49,580 nt of DNA from Bigelowiella natans CCMP2755. Its lineage: Eukaryota > Protista > Cercozoa. Where the stretch lies: positions 1-49,580 of the forward strand of contig ADNK01000560.1 of assembly GCA_000320545.1 (NCBI GenBank), in the 5' to 3' direction. Positions 47,337 to 49,580 of this stretch are shown piece by piece. Below the pieces are notes generated by a model. That model saw only the letters and a program-made list of their open reading frames with translations, was not told the origin of the DNA and searched no databases. How positions within the stretch are numbered: the first letter of the stretch is position 1; each line of letters starts with the position of its first letter. A program made the position numbers and the translations under genes.

Positions 47337-48562
47337 GCAACGCTAGCATGCATCATCTCGACATGTTGGTGATATACATGGGTGCTGTGTGCGGTTGATG
47401 ACACAGGCGAAGACGATTTTGCAGAAGGCGTTTGCGCTCTACAGCGACGCGAAGGAAGAAGGAAAAGGAGAGGGGAAAGCCGAGTTGGAGGCCAAGCATA
47501 CGCTCTCTCTGTACTTCCTCGCACAGGTAAGCAATTTGATGAGAACATATATGTTTTTCCTGCTTTGTCCCGACTTCCGTAGCAATTATAATGATGATGG
47601 TGATGGTGGTGATAATGATGATGGTGGTGATGATGACAATGTGGATGTAGGTCGAAGGACATCTTGGAAACGGCACAGGTTGCTTGCCAGTAAAATATTC
47701 CTACTCAGTCCTCTCCTTAATTCAGTTTTTGACCCACAGTAGTAGTAGTGGTAGCAGTAGCAGCAGCAGTAGGAAGAGAGAATAGAGATAGCGGGGGGTT
47801 CTGATTTAACGTCGTTGTCCTCCTCCTCCTCTTTGTCTTTTCCCTGTTTCTTCTCACTCCTTCTGCATTAACAGAGAGTGCAAAGCTTCTGGCGAAAACT
47901 TTGCATCGTCAACTGACAGGGGAGATTGATGTACGTATAGCATAGAGAGGAGGGGGAGGAGGAGGAGCGGGAGCACTCAACAACAAAAAGAAGGAGAGAT
48001 GAGAAGAGGAAGAAAGAAGAAGAAGAAGAAGAAGAAGAAGAAGAAGAAGAAAAAGAAAATAGCATGAGAGAAAAATAGACTGATAATTATAATGCGTCAT
48101 CATCACGGCCGTCGTTCATGATGTGCGACCGTGATAATGGACAATGATGATATAGAGGAGAGGAACACCTTGGCAAAGCAGTTGATAGAGTGTAGCAGCA
48201 CCTCCAATTTATACCAAACACACACTCCCCGCCCCCTCCCCGCCCCCCCATGCATTTCCCACCCTTTTTTGTGCTTCTTTCGCAACCTATGCAATCAGGC
48301 GAAGGATTGGGTTGTGAATGCTACGTCTATTTCTGGGTAAGTAGTTATGAAAAGTAGAGGAGATAGCAGCCATTGCTACTAGCATACTGCAATCATCATC
48401 ATCATCTTCCTCTTCTTCTTCTTCTTCTCCTCCTACTTCAATCACTATCATGATCACCAAACCAGGTTTTATATCAACTCCGGGCACTATAAACAAGCAG
48501 ATCACATGCTGCAGGTAATGCCAAGCGTCCGTGCTACGCTATCCTCCCACAAACGAACTATA

Positions 48563-48610
<48 letters not shown>

Positions 48611-49088
48611 CACACAACACACACACAGCGCAATCATCTGTGACATGCGAGGTAGCAGAAATTAGCCGCGCGGAGCAGCAAAAAGCTGTTTTAACATCCC
48701 TACGACTGGCATGATTTAAACGATGCCTAGTCGTGCCAGTTAATGTATTGACGTTTGTATGCATGTGTGTGTATGTGTGTGTGGCGGGGTATAAGGCTGC
48801 GAAGAAGGTGCTCGATTCACGATGGGCGATTCCTGAAGCTCAGGTAGCTGTGAGCTGTGAGCTGCTTATTGGCTTTCTCTAAGCTGTTGATGTGTGTGTT
48901 ATTTGTGTGTTGGTGATAATGATGTGTGGGGATTATATATCGTATGACTGACAGTGTCCCAAAGAATCATACTGCTATTGCTGCTTGCGACTGCGCTGAT
49001 GATCTGGCCCAACCACCCCCCTCCTCCCTTTTAGCTTGAGAAAGAAGAGAGAGAGGAACACGATTCGAATATCAGCAGGACCTGGGGG
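45551..49088 (+). CDS. KIFBP: KIF-binding protein (KBP/KIAA1279), N-terminal part only
   Basis: DPEKEPYKSKYKARQII (compare human NPEKEPYKSKYSARALL), HTLSLYFLAQV, KTLHRQL, DWVVNATSIS, HMLQAAKKV, NISRTWG. The remainder was not found in the window. Confidence 0.85.
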
Positions 49089-49100
49089 GTGAGTGCTATG

Positions 49101-49159
<59 letters not shown>

Positions 49160-49580
49160 CTCTTCGTCATCTCCTATATGTCTCATCATGCCAGCCGAGG
49201 ACTTTCTTGAAGTCAAAGAGCGCTTCTTTGGTGGCGTCCGTCATCGACGAGGAGCTAATAGCTGCGACCGCGTCAGCGCCTTGATAAGCCACCACAGCCT
49301 ATCGATTCGGTCATTCAGGTAAACGGGTTCAAAGACGAGAGTGTGAGGGTCATACTCGTTATAGTAGCAAGTACTGAGTAGCAGCAGCTGTAGTAGCAGC
49401 AAGCTCTCCACCTTAGCTTGATCGTCCCTCATTGGTGACTCCTGGCCAAGGCCGACTATCACGTAAGTACAGAAGCCTGTGTGCAGCCAGCAGTCAGCTA
49501 GCATCTGATGAAAAAAAATCAAATATAGCAGCAGAAAAAGCCACTTTTAGTAATGCAGGTGGAACAGGAGAGACCGGACA

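Noticed and set aside
1-49580. CRISPR arrays, rRNA or tRNA genes, prokaryotic operons
   Set aside because: None seen; the only tRNA-like sequence is the retroelement PBS.

Overview
Eukaryotic nuclear DNA with intron-rich genes and microsatellite-laden introns. A CtpA with an ER signal + transit + twin-arginine leader and a flagellar CFAP263 point to a flagellated alga with a secondary plastid, possibly a chlorarachniophyte (inference). About 12 host genes were read by hand-splicing: PhyH-type dioxygenase (3' part), CFAP263/CCDC113, EDR2-C protein, an intronless secreted protein, an RBR E3 ligase, PP2C, a PX+Costars protein, a hypothetical protein, a UDG-ART fusion, CtpA, a claudin/amastin-like protein and KIFBP (5' part). 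A very young, intact Ty3/Gypsy element (15687-21402; identical 326-bp LTRs, 4-bp TSD) is nested in an older TIR element, which has a 416-bp relative at 26672-27087. Three main findings: (1) the old repeat DNA has lost essentially every TpA dinucleotide (0 TA in about 1.55 kb of the reconstructed pre-insertion locus), with homologous TIR sites reading TA/CA/TG, i.e. a repeat-associated TA->CA/TG mutator running opposite to fungal RIP; (2) the Gypsy polyprotein ends in a degenerate DIRS/phage-Dam-like adenine-methyltransferase fold where chromoviruses carry a chromodomain; (3) a spliced, NLS-bearing fusion of a non-canonical uracil-DNA-glycosylase domain with an R-S-E ADP-ribosyltransferase. All family assignments come from motif recognition by eye; no database search was run.
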